A DNA stretch of 64,000 bases, from assembly GCA_965178125.1 (NCBI GenBank), contig OZ237749.1, positions 558,001-622,000 on the forward strand, given 5' to 3'. Numbering within the stretch: the first letter of the stretch is position 1; each line of letters opens with the position of its first letter. The translations under genes were made by a program, and so were the position numbers. The notes beneath the pieces were generated by a model, which worked only from the letters and a program-made list of their open reading frames with translations, was not told the DNA's origin and did no database searches. Source of the stretch: Bilabrum cf. latius. Taxonomy: Eukaryota. Of the stretch, positions 62,253 to 64,000 are shown one piece after another.

Positions 62253-64000
62253 TCACGAGCTCTCCTTGGCTTGCCCGATGAACTTGGGGTGCCTGTCCAT
62301 GTCCGGCATGATGGTGCGGCCAGAGGCCCTATCTCTTCCTAGCGGCATGAGCCTCTTGCCCATGGTCAGGGCAATATCCTCCGGCGTTCTCACGTCGTGG
62401 AAGCAATCGAATAGCGCTTGCACCACCGTGTAAATGTTCCGCCTCTTCGGCCCGATGATCTTGGCCGTGTAGTTCTGGAAGCCCCCAAGCTCCATGATGG
62501 TCTCGATTGTGTAGTCGCTGCCAGAGGGGATATCGTGACCCGGGCCCCTTGACATGAGCAGCACCTTGATCCCGTTCTTCTTGCCGACCAGGTCGTGGTA
62601 CAGCTGCCCGCGCCACGTGCTCACGTGGATCATGTCCTTATGCGCGGCTTCGGTGGCTAGCTGAGTGGCCCTCTCGGCGTCTTCGTGCCTGCCTACGCCG
62701 TACCCTATCCCACCCACCCCGTTACCTGCCACTGCAAGGCAGCGGTACGTCACCTCCATTCCACCACGGATTGTCTGCGAGCACGTAAGGAATGAATGTG
62801 GGGAGAAGGAAAAGCACCATATCGATTGGCTGGGGAAGCGCGGCACACAAAGGAGTGGGCTAGACTGTTGTAGCATTGGGCAGCAGCAGCAGCAGCCGGC
62901 GCAGCGTCCCCCTCATCAAGCCATGCAAAGTTGTCCTCAGGCCGAAGCTCGGAGAAATCTCATGTGTGGAATTTTTGCTGTTCTAATCCTCGGGATCTGC
63001 CGCGCGAAGCTTGCTATGCTGCTGCTTCTTGCTCTCTTGCCTACAAGATCACGAATGCACGCATCTCATAATGGTTCTCACGTTGTGTGTCTGCGACATG
63101 TCCAGCAGTGCCATGTCTGGGCTCAGAAGGGGGCGGTTGGGCATGACCAGCGGCTGCATGTAGAGGCGGTGCAGCTCGCGCCGCTCCACGTCTAGTGCTC
63201 GCTCCTCGGGACGCAGGGTGGGGTCTGGCTTTGGCGCCGTCTTCCGCTCCCCGTCCGATACGAGGTCGTTCTCGCTGTAGATGGCGTCCGACTCGTCAGA
63301 GCCGCGCGTGGGGATAAGGGGCGTGGCCACCTCCTCTATGGCAGCCGGAGAGACCGTGTACAGCGGCCTCGTTCCTTGCATGGGAGCGTCGGCGCCGTAG
63401 TAGTGGGGATCCATGTTGAACTCTGGGTCGTCGGAGGGTCCGTCCTCCGTGCCCGAATCGCTGCCTTCGTGCTCCTCGGCGATCACAGTCGCCATCTTGC
63501 CGTTGCCGGCCGCGTCCAGTCCGCCCACCTACAGGAGTTTCCTCCTCTCCTCGGCGTCTTGCTCGGCGCTGATGCCGCCCCCAAGGCGCTCAACCTGGTC
63601 ACCTTCGTGCGCGTTTCTCTCCCTCCTGGAGAGCCCAGCGAGCTGTTCGCTCCTCCACTGGCGCCTCTCCTCGTCCTCCACGGTACTCGCGCTGCGGCGG
63701 GACGAGCTGCTACTACCCATGGACTGGTAGTCATCGCCATCGGGCTAATCGAAGTCGTCACCGTGCTCGGCAGCGAATCCAGTGTCGGCCTCGGCAGAGG
63801 CATCGTCGCCCCCCTCGCCGTCAAAGCTCGGCAGCACCCCGATACCGCCGCCCCCATCGTCGTTGATCCCATCGCCGTCGTCTGGGTCCTCGTCCGACGA
63901 TGACTCGGAGTCGATAAGGTCGTCGGCAACAAACACGCCGTGTGCGCGAAGGTGCTCTGGTGGTGCAGGCAGTCCATACCGCTCCCACATGGACTCTGGA
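62253..64000 (-). CDS. MRPS5: Mitochondrial-type ribosomal protein uS5 with long acidic N-terminal extension; 5' end beyond the window; intron 62775-63081; 2 in-frame TAG
   Basis: S5 domain TIRGGMEVTYRCLAVAGNGVGGIGYGVG...AKIIG..RNIYTVVQALF...TPEDIA..GK. Upstream ORFs join across TAG 63529 and 63745; phase-0 intron GTGAGA...CGCAG. Confidence 0.8.

Noticed and set aside
1-64000. Interpreting the broken ORFs as a field of pseudogenes or sequencing errors
   Set aside because: The interruptions are exclusively TAG, frames are preserved, many TAG positions are shared between paralogs, and a likely essential gene (uS5) is affected.
1-64000. Pyrrolysine or phage-type amber recoding
   Set aside because: Spliceosomal introns, RPA12 and an F-box gene show a eukaryotic nuclear genome; no pyl or phage genes are seen, and the TAGs sit at ordinary variable positions.

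Overview
Compact, GC-rich eukaryotic (protist) nuclear DNA with short GT-AG introns. The gene content suggests a heterotrophic stramenopile-like flagellate, but that is inference only. The main result is that this window does not use the standard genetic code. The short ORFs in the supplied track are mostly fragments of long genes broken only at TAG, and they rejoin exactly in frame when TAG is read as sense. I count roughly 90 in-frame TAGs by hand across 15 reading frames, no in-frame TAA or TGA in them, and gene ends at TGA (one at TAA). Paralog alignments and motif context point to UAG=Gln, with Glu the main alternative. Re-read this way, the window holds: a Mutator-like transposase with a hairpin-rich repeated end; three copies of a large signal-peptide GT41 (OGT/SPY-like) glycosyltransferase, two of them fused to a GT4-like domain; an F-box/Kelch protein; a secreted SAM methyltransferase; a coiled-coil protein; three GT92/GT2-like genes, two in a ~3 kb near-identical duplication flanking a transposon-like insert; RPA12; a ~3,800 aa LamG/cadherin/IPT-repeat multi-pass surface protein; an SDR; and a mitochondrial-type uS5. 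All family calls come from motifs recognised by eye; no database search was run.
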